Origin: Octopus vulgaris
Lineage: Eukaryota
Length of the DNA: 64,000 bases
NCBI GenBank assembly: GCA_951406725.2
Contig: OX597821.1
Span: 76,384,001-76,448,000 of the forward strand
Direction of reading: 5' to 3'
Every line of letters begins with the position of its first letter. The first letter of the stretch is position 1. This document shows, one piece after another, positions 1-12,906 of this stretch. The position numbers and the translations under genes are program-made. A model generated the notes under the pieces. That model had not been told where the DNA came from and searched no databases. It saw only the letters and a program-made list of their open reading frames with translations.

Positions 1-1089
1 TATTTCGAATTAATCGTCTCTAAACACGTGCTTGTTCCGGACGTTTCTCCTTTCTCTCTAAATCTCAGCTGTTTTAGCAACGAACACTATTTATGGGGCT
101 TATTTTTGTATTTATTATTTATTTATGAATAAAATTACTCTTCGTAGCATTATAATTAATCAAGAGCCAAGTTTTCTAAGCCTTTGTGATGTCCCTTAGT
201 TGTAAAAACATCGACTAAAATTAGTGAGAACCAGTTTGCTAAGATCGAAGAAAACTTCTTTTTTTTTAATTAACTGTATCTGTTAATATATAGACTGGTA
301 AAATATTGATTAAAATTCTTAGTGGTATTTAGTTTTGGCCATTTACGTTCTGAGTTCAAACCCTGCCGATGTAAACTTTGCCTTTCCTACTTTCCAGATC
401 GATAAAATAAAAACTGTTAGCGGTCATTTTAATCAACTGTACCCTTCTTTCTTAACTTGTGTAGAGTTGTAACTATGTTAGAAACCAATAGTTTTCAACT
501 TAACTTTATGTATTTTCATTTGGTAAAGCGCACAAATAAATCCAGGCCGTACAACGCTCTTGAGATGCGATAGAATAAGGACCCGTTATATATTTGGGTG
601 GTTACTCCATCATACCTTTGTCCTATAATTGAGGACTTAGCCAAAGCTGTAAATAACGTTATCTGGACTAATTTGTCCCAGATGGGTTCCGGATTGATTA
701 GACAAAAAAGCAATAAACATCACAACTCTCAGAACACCTGAAATCATTGGACTGAACATCTGTTGAATGTAACTGATATGAATATTTATAAAGGCCCTAC
801 AGGTTATAGATCTGTAACTGAGGGCATACATTAAAAAAGGTCACCAGACCTGACAATATCACTCAATATTTCACCCCAGAACTTGCTCCTCCACTCACTA
901 AACATTTTAATTTCGTATTCTCTACAGAAATTTACCCAGATAATTTGGAAGCATGTTTTACTGTGTCCTATTCCAAAGAAAGGCAACACCTCACATCTCT
1001 TGCCCCATCTGGCTTTCATTCTTTTATTCTATTCTTACTTCTGACATCTCTAACATCATTAACAAGGTTTTCCAACAGCTTTATCTCCT

Positions 1090-1320
1090 CACTTGACTAC
1101 CTGTATATCTTCTGTCAAACCAGATTCACAGGGGATCTGTACTCTCAAATCTCTCACCATAGAGATGTTAAGTGAAAGCAGTGTTGTCCGAGACATCAGC
1201 AAAGTCTTTGACCGTGTGTGGTTTGCAAATCTCATAGCAAAGCTTCCTGCCTGTGAGCTTCACATGTCTTTCGTCCCTTGCATTGGTAGCTTCCTATCAG
1301 ATCACACTGTTGCTGTATGT
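1090..1320 (+). mobile_element. Degenerate non-LTR retrotransposon RT fragment (CR1/Jockey-like)
   Basis: Translation DISKVFDRVWFANLIAKL resembles the RT motif DxSKAFDxVxHxxLLxKL. Confidence 0.6.
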
Positions 1321-1914
1321 GATGATGGAACCATCCAGCCTATGCCAACATGGAAATTTGTTATTAAACTGCAGGGGCCAGAAAATATTTCAGCCCCAGC
1401 TCAACAAGGCTCAAGTGAGGCCCACAATAGTCTACTTCTCATTTACTTACCTGTCCATCTACCTACTTGATGTTGCTTACACTGTCTGAAATTTAATGCA
1501 AAACATTAAAAGAAGAAAAGGTCCACTTAATTTTGGGTGAAGATAAAGATGTGAAGTTTCTACTGGCCCTTTGATTTATGGATCTCTGCAGTGGATTCCA
1601 AGCTTTCACTTAGGTTTAGATTCTGGGGACAGGAACTAATACAAGCCAATAAGATAGCCAGCATCTACTTGCAGATGTTTGTTCTGAGCTTATTTGCTGA
1701 CAGTTAAAAGAAGCAGCCAAATCAATCTCAAACCACACCCTACTATTTTAATGAAGAATGCATTGGATTATATTGTTGTGAGTACTCAATATCTTAAAAA
1801 GAGATGAAATAGTCTTGGCTGGAATGGGCAATTTTATTTTCCTCTGATAAAAATATTATTTTAAGCAACTAACCATTTGTGCACACATTAATTTTGTTTC
1901 TATAGTATTATTTG

Positions 1915-2200
1915 AGCGAGGTCGTTGCCAGTGCCGCTAGACTGGCTCCTGTGCAGGTGGCATGTAAAAAACACCACTTGAGCGTGGCCATTGCCAGAAC
2001 CGCCTGACTGGCCCACATGCTGATGGCACGTAAAAGCACCCACTACACTCTCGGAGTGGTTGGTATTTGGAAGGGCATCCAGCTGTAGAAACTCTGCCAG
2101 ATCAAGATTGGAGCCTGGTGCAGCCATCTGGTTCGCCAGCCCTCAATCAAATCATCCAACCCATGCTAGCATGGAAAGCGGACATTAAACAATGATGATG
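1915..2200 (+). mobile_element. SINE-like family A copy with (GAT)n tail; more than 20 copies in the window on both strands
   Basis: Recurrent 3' module ...cactacactctcggagtggttggcgttaggaagggcatccagctgtagaaa...aacccatgctagcatggaaagcggacgttaaacgatgatgat. Other copies at about 2496-2790(-), 3018-3255(-), 4657-4935(-), 6350-6618(+), 9163-9560(-), 10270-10610(+), 14085-14336(+), 16080-16255(+), 20900-21166(+), 34570-35130(+, two), 35420-35733(+), 37220-37660(+), 38930-39228(+), 42010-42240(-), 46935-47420(-), 52580-53060(-), 53633-53810(-), 58940-59400(-). Confidence 0.85.
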
Positions 2201-3617
2201 AACGATGTGTGTGTGTGTGCTTGCACATACATTTTAGAGGTAATAGTGTTGCATCATCATAATTGTATATTCATTTTACATGCTGGCATGAGTTGAACTG
2301 GTCATTGCAGTCCAAGTTAGTTCTTACTTGGTCGTCTTTGTTGCCGTCTTAGGTGGGTCAGAGGACTACCTTTCATCTGTACATTGTATTCTTAGCTTAG
2401 TTCTCTGTCCCTGGATGCAGTTCTTAACAACAACCACTTTTGTAATTGCTGGTGATAACCACTTTACACAAATGTACAAAACATCAGCCTGAGTTATCAT
2501 CATCATCATCATTTAAGGTCTGTTGTCCATGCTGGCATGGGTTGGATAGTTTGACTGGGCTGGCATACTGGAAGGCTGTGCCAGGATCCAGTCTGATTTG
2601 GCATGGTTCTCTATGGCTGGATGCCCTTCCTAATGCCAACCACTCCGAGAGTCTAATGGGTGCTTTTATGTCCCATTTGCATAACGCTGGTATCTGCCAC
2701 GACTGATTTTGCCCAGCTTAATGGGTCATCTTCTCAAGCACGACATAATGCCAAGGGTCTTAGTCACTGCCTCCGTGAGGCCCAACACTCAAAAGGACCC
2801 CTAAATATTTGTCTTATCAACTGTATTAACCTTGTGCTGTTTTCACTAGCCTATAGTCAAGGTGAGACCGACAATCACTTCATCTTCATGTATTGCACCT
2901 GGGCAAAGCCATCCATGTCCAAACTCTACTCATGGGACTGAGCACTGCAAATAACTGAACTAATTAGATAATCCTTTCCAAATAAGCTTCCATCAGATTG
3001 TTGCTCAGTTCCTGTTTCATCATCATCATTTAGCGTCCGTTTTCCATGCTAGCACGGGTTGGACGGTTTGACCGGGGTCTAGTAAGCCATGGCGGCTGCA
3101 CCAGGCTCCAGTCTGTTCTGATAAGGTTTCTACAGCTGGATGCCCTTCCTAATGCCAACCACTCTGTGAGTGTAGTGGGTGTTTTTTCCGTGCCACCAGC
3201 TCAGGGGCCAGAGGAGGCTGGCAAACGTTCATGATCGGTTGGTGCTTTTACATGCTTTCATTTGTTTTAAATAGATAAAAGAATGTAATTTCCTTGAAAC
3301 AAAATCTTAGACTATGACAAAGCACATCTCTCCCACTGAAAGAACTGAACTCAACATTGTAAACCACTCCGTCCAATGCTGCCTCTGCTTGCAGCTGTGA
3401 GCTGTACCCCTCTATGTTATGTACAATATCTTGTACATACTATCTTGAATATACTTTGAGCTAATTAAACAAGAGTTTTTAAGTAGTAAACCCCTTGATT
3501 CTAGACTCAATACAGTGACATTACAAAAACCACTGACTTACCACCTCAGTTATTTGCATCTTCACATCTTAACAAGCATTCATCAGTTTTGCTATACTCA
3601 TACGTCAGACTAGAAGA

Positions 3618-3878
3618 CACGGATTCTCAACCATTTGTTGCCTATGGACCCCTTTGATGTCTATTTTACTAGGGTGGACCCTCACAACCATTCAATGTTT
3701 AAAAAATCCTGTTTGTATATAAATTGAATTTAATTAGAAATTGTATTAAAAAATGTTAAAATATTTTGCGTATTGTAGACGTATGACCAATAAATTTTGG
3801 TAATACTTTGCTTACACTCAACAAGGTTCATAAATGTTAACAGCAAAATCTTAAATGAACCGTGATTAAGAACCATTG
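3618..3878. mobile_element. Probable hAT/Charlie-type MITE
   Basis: Imperfect TIRs cacggattctcaacc / gattaagaaccattg resemble CAGTGGTTCTCAACC-type termini. No clean TSD. Confidence 0.45.
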
Positions 3879-4469
3879 CTATAATGAGTTGTAGGTGGTG
3901 CCTACTTACAGCCAGGGGAACTGAACCACCGACTAAAAAGTGTCATTCATGTGATCAGAATGCAGCACCAAGGTTATATAAAGTGATGGATTGACAATCA
4001 TTTCAACACTGGGCAAAATATCTTTTGTTATTGTGTGTCTTTTTGATGAGATCAGTCATGCTTTTCTTATTTCTGGAATCTATAAATCAATTACCAGTTG
4101 GATACAGTGTTCCCCCTGTGAGCTGATGTATCTCACTTGCTATGATGTAGCATTCACCTACAATGATATGTGCTCAACATCCAAAAGGATCCACAAGTTA
4201 AGGGCTTGTTGGGAATTAGCTGTTTGAATTACAAAACAACTTGCTGTCCTTTAAGCTGGTGTTGCACCATCACATTGGATTCTCCTTTCTTAGACTAATT
4301 CATTGAAAAAAGTAAGTCGATTGTCAATGATTTGAGATCAAATGTTGCCAGGATTTTTTTTTATTTATTTATTCATAAAAAGAATCTTAGACTCTAACAA
4401 ATATTAAATGTCACCCTTCAAATCTGTAGCTTAGTGATATTACATTTATGTTTTTATTCCCTTTTTCAG

Positions 4470-4531
4470 CCATCTACTCGAGAAAAACTTGGGTTTTTGG
4501 AAAAGAAGAAAGATTACAAACGCCGAGCTAC
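4470..4531 (+). CDS. UTP11: UTP11 coding exon (probably exon 2): PSTREKLGFLEKKKDYKRRA(T)
   Basis: Polypyrimidine tract plus cag acceptor (4467-4469) and gtaagt donor (4532). Encodes LGFLEKKKDYK, matching the Utp11 N-terminal LGxLEKKKDY motif. 62 nt, ends in phase 2 and joins the next exon in frame. Confidence 0.95.
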
Positions 4532-5099
4532 GTAAGTATCAAAACCATTTTACTCAACTAAATGTGAAAGTGAAAGTAATTTCTTTGAGAATTTTCAGCT
4601 ATTCTTTAGCATTAAGATTACTCTGCCAAATGTAATGCCTATCTCTTTACATTCACCATCATCATTGCTGTTTAATGTCCACTTTCCACACTGGCATGGA
4701 TTGGATGGTTTGACTGAGGACTGGTGAACCAGGCTCCAATCCAATCTGGCAATGTTTCTACAGCTGATGTCCTTCCTAACGCCAACCACTCCGAGGGTGT
4801 AGTGGGTGCTTTTTACATGCTAGCACCACGAGGGCCAGTCAGGCGGTAATGGCATTGACCACGCTTGAATGGTGCTTTTTACATGCCACCAGCATGTGAG
4901 CGAGTCAGACGGCACTAGCAACGATCATGCTAGAATTGTTTTGAATTAATCATGTATTGTCTCAGGTTTGAGATTTTGATAATATTATTCTCTATTTTTA
5001 GAATGACTTTGTAGGGTAGGTGTGAAAAGCTGGATCTGGCCAGTTTGAACATAAAACAGGAAGAATTTTGGGGTTAAATATAGCTAGCTTAGATGCTAA

Positions 5100-5325
5100 A
5101 TGGTTGAAGTTAACTTAGCAAGGACCAAAGTTCTAGTAAGCTGGAAAAGAGGCAGGACTCTAACAACTTCAAGTAAATGGTTCTGCTGGAGATGTTGGAA
5201 TGGTGTTGGCAAGGATCCCATACAGTGTACTCAGTGCAAGCTATGGACCCACAAGAGATGCAGTGGAATCATGAGAAAGTTTATGGAGAAGGTAGTGCTT
5301 GTATGGGGAAAATGCACAGGTGTCC
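5100..5325 (+). mobile_element. RTE-clade LINE fragment (region after RT, Cys-rich)
   Basis: VNLARTKVL...CWRCWNGVGKDPIQCTQCKLWTHKRCSGI; homologous segments at 6620-6910(-) and 49050-49230(-). Confidence 0.65.
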
Positions 5326-5339
5326 TAAAATACTATGGT

Positions 5340-5530
5340 TTTATTCTTTTATTTGTTTCAGTCATTTGACTGCAGCCATGCTGGAGCAATGCCTTTAGTT
5401 GAACAAGTTGACCACAAGATTTATTCTTTGTAAGCCTAGTACTTATCCTATCAGTCTTTTTTGCTGAACTGCTAAGTTAAGGGAATGTAAACACACGGGC
5501 ATTGATTGTCAAGTGATGGTCGGGGGACAA

Positions 5531-5580
<50 letters not shown>

Positions 5581-5720
5581 GGCTTCTTTCAGTTTGTACT
5601 CTCAAGGCTTTGGGCAGCCCAAAGCTATAGTAGGAGACACTTGCCTGGTGCCACACAGTGGAACGGAACCTGGGACCTTGTGGTTGGTAAGCAAGATATT
5701 TACCACACAGCCACTCCTGC
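5340..5720 (-). mobile_element. tRNA-derived SINE family B with internal (TA)n/(TG)n tract
   Basis: Reverse complement of the family seen full length at 40755-41178. Confidence 0.8.
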
Positions 5721-6619
5721 ACATATACATGGGAAATTGAGGGAGAGGGCTTTGCACCTGGTGATTGAGAAGTTAGAGTGTGAATAGAGGGACAGAAGTA
5801 GGTGTTTTGCAGTGGAGAAGATACATGGCTGCCCCAGATGAAGAGAGAGAGAGACAGACAGATATGACAGTGAAGGTGTACACCCAAGTTACAGGGAAGT
5901 GGACAGGGTGTGTGGGTGGGTACATTTGTGAGATTGCAAAAGGCGAGTGGGAGATGGAGTGATGTAAAGTAGTGATTGGGTACAAGTAGAGAGAGGAGGT
6001 ATTTGGAGGATGTTTTGTGGGGAAGGGATTTGGTAGGGACATACAGTATACAGGGGGGTTCACAAGGGAGAGTGAGGTGGGGGGAAGGGATTTGGTAGGG
6101 ACATATAGTATACAGGTGGGTTCACAAGGGAGAGTGAGAGATAGACAAGGGGAATGCAGTGGGGAGGGTTAGGAAGATGAGATGTGGAGAGAAAGATTTG
6201 TCAGAGACAGATTGTATGGTGGGACATGGACCTATAGTAGTTCCCTCAACTTTGCTGGTTCCGATTTATGCAGCTTTCAGAGCATCCTCCTCCACTGCTA
6301 ATTTGGTCACCAAAGTCAGAGAAACTGTCTATTACCAAAATGGAACCCCGTGGTTGTTGCCAGTGGTCATGTAAATGACACCCATGGAATTGTAGTCATG
6401 GACATTGCCGGTGTTATGTAAATGGCACCCATGCCTGTGTCGTAAAAAGCATCCATTATACTCTCAGAGCGCTTGGCGTTAGGAAGGGCATCCAGCTATA
6501 GAAACCATGCCAAATCAGACTGAAACTTGGTACAGCTCTCTAGCTTTCCAGTTCCAGTCAAACTGTCTAACCCATGCCAGCATGGAGAGCAGACGTTAAG
6601 TGATAATGATGATGATGTG

Positions 6620-7410
6620 CTCTTAGTGTTAATTGTTTGTTCCTGCACATATGCCACATGCAAAAACTACTTTCTCTGTCAACCTTCATGTGACTCCACT
6701 GGCACTGGTTACACCATTTGAAATCTCTACCTTTTCTACATGTTGAGCAAAACAATTTCCTTGAAGTGATTTCTAGATTGTTTACTTTTCTGCTGAAGAG
6801 TACTTTGCTCTTTGCAAAATTAACTCTAAAGTCCTTTGATTCCAGACCTTGCTTCCACACATGAAATTTCTTCTCAAATTCTATTAGAGATTTATAAGAA
6901 AACAAGGTCATCGGCGTAGACGAGCTCCCATAAGCAACCAGTTTTAACTTCTGTTATGAGTGGAGGACTATAATAAAGAAGAGGTGTCTGGAAACCAGTC
7001 CTTGGTGAACTCCTTTCTGCACACTAAATTCATTGCTATGCTCATTACTGACAGCATCCCTATACATGACCTGGGTGGCTCTCACCATCCACTCAGCTAC
7101 CCCCAGATTGACCACCAGATGGGGGAGCGAGAGACCTGTCAAAGGCTTTCTTCATGTTGACAAATGCCAAATATGGCAGTAGGTTATTTTTTGCTTAATA
7201 TTTCTCTTGCAGTTTCTGTAGTAGGAAAATGGTATCAGTTGCACTCCTCCTCGGCACTAAGCCAAACTGCATTTTATCTCAGTTAATTATCTTCCTAATT
7301 AGTGGAACTGTGATCCTTTCTGTAACTTTCATGACCTGGTTCCAACATCTCCTTTACCTTTGTGGTGGTCAACTATAATGCAACTACACCAGTTGTTGAG
7401 TATGACCCCT
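6620..7410 (-). mobile_element. Degenerate RTE-clade LINE RT fragment
   Basis: LGVAEWMVRATQVMY, FSVQKGVHQG, (E)LVYADDLV and WKQGLESKDFRVNFAKSKV motifs on the - strand, with frameshifts. Confidence 0.75.
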
Positions 7411-9190
7411 TTCTAGACATGAATTTTTTTTTCCCACAAGAGTTCTGGACCTCGGTTATGTACTCATTTGCATACAGCCAATTAGAGCTCAACTATCAAA
7501 CTAACTTATAGGTTCATAAGAAGTGATGGGCGATAAGATAAGGTCACTTGGGTTACGGAATGACCACGCATCTTTTCTCTTAAGAATGCTCGTCGTTCTT
7601 GTTCTTGTTCCAACCATGGCTGCCTCTGCGTAGTTATTTGTGTTGTTGTTTATTTTGTAAAACAGTAAGGAGAGAGGGCCGCTAGCACATCACCTTCTAC
7701 CCACATCTTTACCATATGGGGCCCTAACAAAATCCGTTAATAGGTAGAGATACAATTCTATCTAATTACTTGTCTCCTTCTAAAATCAGGCATAACTTGG
7801 CGATCGGTTGACTTACAGCACTGTTCTTCATCTTGAGTTTACTTGGCAGACTGTGTTTGTTAACTTGACAATAAGGTCAAAGTGACCTCTGATTGACTGT
7901 ATGCAACTGAGTTCATTACTGGGGTCCGGAACTCTCGTGGGAAAAAAAATTTTTTTCCCTTCCTAGACAGCTTGACTGATAATACAGTTGACTCTGCCAT
8001 ATCCCATTCTCTCAGATATTTTAAGCAGTAATTTTTTTTACGGGCCAGGTGCTTTCCCCGTCTTCATAATTCATCTATCATATGTATGATGTTGCTGTCA
8101 ACTCAAATAGCTGGTCCCTCTGTTGAGTCCCCATTAGGAAGGCTCTGAGGAAGATTCTCCACATTTAGCAGCTTTATATAGTGGCACTTCCATGCCTCTT
8201 TCTTTTTAGTGTCACTAAGTGCATGTGTACTACTATTCACATGAAAACTCTTCTCTCCTACAGTCACCCCTACTCTTCTAGAGCTTCCAGGCCTATTTCT
8301 TTGTTCTTATGGCCCTGTCTCCTTCTCTGTTCCACTGCCATTTTACTTAAGATAGGACTTTGCACTAGTCACAAATTTGGTCTGTAGCCCTCAATAAGCT
8401 GTCTCGTAGGAACCTCCAGTTCTGTAATAAGAATAAAGTACTCTACCTAGAAAACCTAGAAAATCCCTGTCATGAATTTGAACTCACAGCCTACAAGCTT
8501 GTAATTTAGCACTTTATCATGCTTCTGTATTGTAGTTTTTTTTTGTTTTTTTTGTTAGAACTGAAATATTCCAACTTTTACAGTGAAATTTTTTCCATGA
8601 TCAGAATATAATATTAGCATGAGTGATTGTTAAATATTGTCGAGTGTTTTAACTTGTTATGTACAGTTTGGGTGAATAGTTACAGCATCATAGTTGTGTT
8701 TTCTTCTCATGTACACCATTTATATTTGGGGCCAGATTAAATTGCCAGAATCTCCATTGTGAGGTGTTTTAGAAGTCTTCTTTCACACAGTACGTACGTA
8801 TAGGCCTTATTGATGTTTCAGTGTCTTTGTGATAGAAATATCAATGGATAAAGAACTGATGTTTTCAATATACATTGATAGAATAGTCTGTGAAGTAATT
8901 CTACTCAGGGTTATTTGAAGTTTTGACTCATGGTCTCAGAAAGTTTACTCATTAACAATCAACAGCATTTTCAGTGTCCATTCTCCTATTCTTGCATCTG
9001 CTTTACAACATATTATTAATCATTTTCATTTTGCATCATCTCTGCTGTGAGGCCTAACATCCTGAGATCTAACCTCAGTATCATCACTTGTCTCTGTCAA
9101 AAACTTTCTCAACCAAATGATATCTGATTTTATGATATAATTCTTCAAAAAGCTGACATCTTTAAGTATGATATGCAACTAATATATAAC

Positions 9191-9225
<35 letters not shown>

Positions 9226-11204
9226 TCATCATCATCGTTTAACGTCCACTTTTCATACTAGCATGGGTTGGACGATTTGACTGAGGGCTGGCAAACCAGG
9301 TGGCTGCACCAGGCTCCAATCTTGATCTGGCAGAGTTTCTACAGCTGGATGCCCTTCCTAACGCCAACCACTCCGAGAGTGTAGTGGGTGCTTTTTACAT
9401 GCCACCAGCACAGGGGCCAGTCGCGCAGTACTGGCAATGAGGTCAGTTTTGGCAAGGTTTATACAGCTGGATACCTTTCCGAATGCCAACCACTTTACAG
9501 TGTGGACTGGATGCTTTTTAAGTAACACAAGCACTGGCAGGGTCACCAAGTAACCTGCAAGACAGAAATTTTTTGAGAGGGGGGGGAGGCATTGGAGGAG
9601 GGGATCTTGTGTTGGATAATGAAAGATTGTAGTGAGACAATGAGACAGAAACAGGTGTCATGCTATAGAGGAGGTACAAGGTTACCTGGCTAGAGAGAGA
9701 GAGAGATCAAAAATGAGGACAGAAACAAGTTGCTGTTGTATGGGAGATACATGGTTACCCAACCTGAGGGAAGAGCAGGAGGAGAGAAAGAGTGGGAGAC
9801 GGCAGGATATATCTATCTATCTATATATATATATATATAATAAAAAAGCTTTGGAAAATACTAAATTATATATGTGTGTGTATTGGTTAAATACTTTATT
9901 TTTAATATCTTCCAAGGTCAAACTTTGAAATTTTCAAGAAACAATAAATTTGAAATGATCCCAAAAACTTTATGACATGGTGCAGAGATGCTGAGTGATG
10001 CGAATGTGGGTGGTGGGTTGTGAACAGAGCCTGTGATATTCAAATCATATAATGACCTATGTATAATTCAGAAGTTTGTGGTGTTTGTTAGTCTGTGGTT
10101 GTAGACTTCTAACCATCGCTGTATTAACTCATAACTTACTATAGTTTCTATCAAATGTGTTGACGTACTTGACTCAATAGGTCTACTCAAGAACAGTAGG
10201 GTGACCCGCTGTTCTTGAGGAGACCTATTGAGTCAAGTGCGTCAACACTAACATCAAAATAAAAATCAAATGGAAATTGTGGTTAAGATACCCATGCTGG
10301 AGACACATAAAAAGCACCATCCGAACATGGCAGATGCCAGCGCCACTTGACTGGCATCCATGTCGGTGACACATAAAAGCACCAACTGATTGTGGCCATT
10401 TGCCAGCCTCCTCTGGCCCCTGTGCCAGTGGCACAGAAAAAGTATCCACTACACTCACGGAGTAGTTGGCATTAGGAAGGGCATCCAGCTGTAGAAAGAC
10501 TGCCAGATCAGACTGGAGCCTGGTGCAGCCTCCTGGCTTCCCAGACCCCGGTCGAACCATCCAACCCATGCTAGCATGGAAAACGGACATTAAACGATGA
10601 TGATGATGATAATATATCTGCTGAAATGCTAAGTTCTGTATTCTATGATTGGTTGAGATACCTTTTTACAGACAAAGCTGTAACCTTCCTGTGCCTCTGA
10701 TGTGTAATCATAATATACGGATGGTATTGTCTGCATAATTCTTGTCACATTTTACATATTTAGTAAAAATGCATTGAGTATCAAAGCATTTTCCACCATT
10801 TCTAGTTGAAGAATTTGCCATTGTACGTATCCTTTAACTTTTGAACAGGTAATTCCTCAGAGATTCCCAAGAAGCAGGTCTTTAGATTTTCTTAAATGAG
10901 AGATCCCGTAATTGTTAATATTTTGGGGAAATCTTTGAAGTGCTCCTCAGCAATTACAACTTATGAAACAATGACTTAAGAACCAAAATGTACAAACTGG
11001 GCAAGTGATTCAAGATTGCTCTAATAGGTGGCCATCTAGTCTGACTGCCAATTTTGAAATAACTGAACCAAAAGTGTGAATACCTTCTACTATCCCTGTC
11101 CATTGACCTTACAAATAGTCTATCTAGATATGATCTGAATGACCCTGTATATTTTGTCCATGTCCTTTAAGTAGCTTTGCAAGCAGTTCTTGAGAATTTC
11201 TTAC

Positions 11205-11560
11205 TCCTCATCATCATCATTGTTCGACCGTGGTCGAGATAATGGAATTTACTATGTTACACCAGACTTCACAGTCCATCATAGCATTACGGAGGTCCTG
11301 TTGCTGGATGCCTGTATCCCTGGAGATTACATCAGGGTAGGAGAGTGTGCGCCCTCTGGTATCGCAAGCAGATGGCTTCCAGAAGAGAAGAGTATAAATT
11401 GCCTCGTTTTCAGCTCTACAACAATGTCCAGCAAACTGGACTCTTCTACCTTTCACAAGAGATGATACAGGTGGTAATTTCCCATATATTTGTACTTTGG
11501 TTGGATGACGCTTCCATGAGAGATTTTGAGCTCTCATAAGGAGGCGAGTGTAAGTTCCAT
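11205..11560 (-). mobile_element. 3' end of an RTE-clade LINE with (GAT)n tail
   Basis: ORF 11217-11537: LSWKRHPTKVQIYG...RRVQFAGHC...RGRTLSY, typical RTE C-terminus, followed by a GAT-repeat tail. Confidence 0.8.
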
Positions 11561-12096
11561 TCTTACTCTTGAGTACTTTGTTGGGGATGGAATAACATTT
11601 TGGACACTTACTGGGATTGTTTAGAAATGTTCAATAGGTGAGACAAGGTTCATAAAGCTTTGCAAACATTCTTAGGCATGCCAAAGTGAACTAAATCAAA
11701 CTATACTGCCTTATCCAGTTCATATCTAGATGGCATATTTGTTAGCTCAATGATTAAGGGTCAGTTAGAATGTCTTCAATTTCAGCTGCTTGGTTATACA
11801 GTTTCATGTTAGCTTATGTGCCTCATTGAGTGCAACTCCACATCAGTTTTGGCTGTATAAAATATGAGTTGTAGGTAATACACTGTCAGGTCTTAGTTAT
11901 GTAGGAACGTGTATCATATTGTTTTATGGGGGTCCCAGTCACATAAAATGAGAGTTATTAGTTCATCATCATCGTCTAACATCCGTTTTCCATGCTGGCA
12001 TGGGTCAGACAGTTCAACTGGGGTCTTGGAAGCCAGGAGGCTGCACCAGGCTCCAGTCTGATGCATTGTATTATTTTATTGAGTAGTTATTGTATA

Positions 12097-12127
<31 letters not shown>

Positions 12128-12445
12128 CAGAAGGTTGGCTAATTTTATTGTGGTATTGCAGTGTTGTTCTTGATTTTATTTTAGTATGATAATGACAGCT
12201 TCCTGTGGTGTAAAATATCTGTCACACAGGAAAGGGGGTGGTGAAAGTGTGTGTGAGAGAGAGAGAGAGACGGACAGACAGAGAGAGGAGGTTGTATAAT
12301 GAACAAAGAGGCTGAAGCTAATAGGGAAAGAGTTGTTAATCAAGAAAGAAGATTATGATCAATGGTGATCTTTAGTATGGTGATTTTTAGTATTCTCGTT
12401 TTTGAGAGCAGTTGAGATTATTTAAGATATTCTCATTTTAAAAAT

Positions 12446-12518
12446 CATCTCCGGCTAATCCTTGAGAGGACGTTGGTGTTACCTTAGCGGAGGTTTGCAC
12501 TCTCTGAATGCTCTTGTT
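12446..12518 (+). mobile_element. Possible miniature Helentron/HINE-like remnant
   Basis: Sub-terminal inverted pair ctccggctaa / ttagcggag, followed by a small hairpin gcactctctgaatgc and a T-rich end. Confidence 0.3.
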
Positions 12519-12803
12519 GATGTTGATTTGTGATGTGCCTCAAATTTATGTATTCTGATGATGGTACCTTAGAACAGCCAAAGCCAACTGACCAGAATCA
12601 GTGAAACAAAGTAATTTTTCTTATGATATTCTTTAGTGCTTTCTGGTTTTGTTCATTGAACTACAGCCATACTGGGGATCCACCTTCAAGTATTTTAATC
12701 AATCATATCAACCCTGTTCTTATTTCAGACTGTCACTTATTTGCTAGAGATAATTAAAGTAACTTTAAGCAAATTAAATGCTGAATTTCATTTATATTTT
12801 TAG

Positions 12804-12906
12804 TGAGGATCAGAGAAGGAAAGCAGTTATAAAGTCACTGAAGGTGAAAGCGCTGAACCGCAATCCTGATGAGTTCTACTTCAATATGGTTCGCAATAAA
12901 AAAGTG
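12804..12906 (+). CDS. UTP11: UTP11 coding exon (probably exon 3): EDQRRKAVIKSLKVKALNRNPDEFYFNMVRNKKV
   Basis: tttttag acceptor and gtaagt donor at 12907. Contains KAxxxNPDEFY, the Utp11 signature. 103 nt; the first base completes the split ACT codon. Confidence 0.96.

Noticed and set aside
2190-2210. Many TGATGA (box C-like) motifs suggesting intronic snoRNAs
   Set aside because: They come from (GAT)n retroposon tails; no box C/D pair with a terminal stem was seen.
1-4469. Search for UTP11 exon 1
   Set aside because: No ATG-initiated exon resembling the Utp11 N-terminus was found. More frequent CpGs in the first roughly 700 bp hint that it lies just upstream, but this is not callable.
12550-12600. 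CTGATGA-TGG...CAGCCAAAG hammerhead-like motif
   Set aside because: Core incomplete and stems unsupported.
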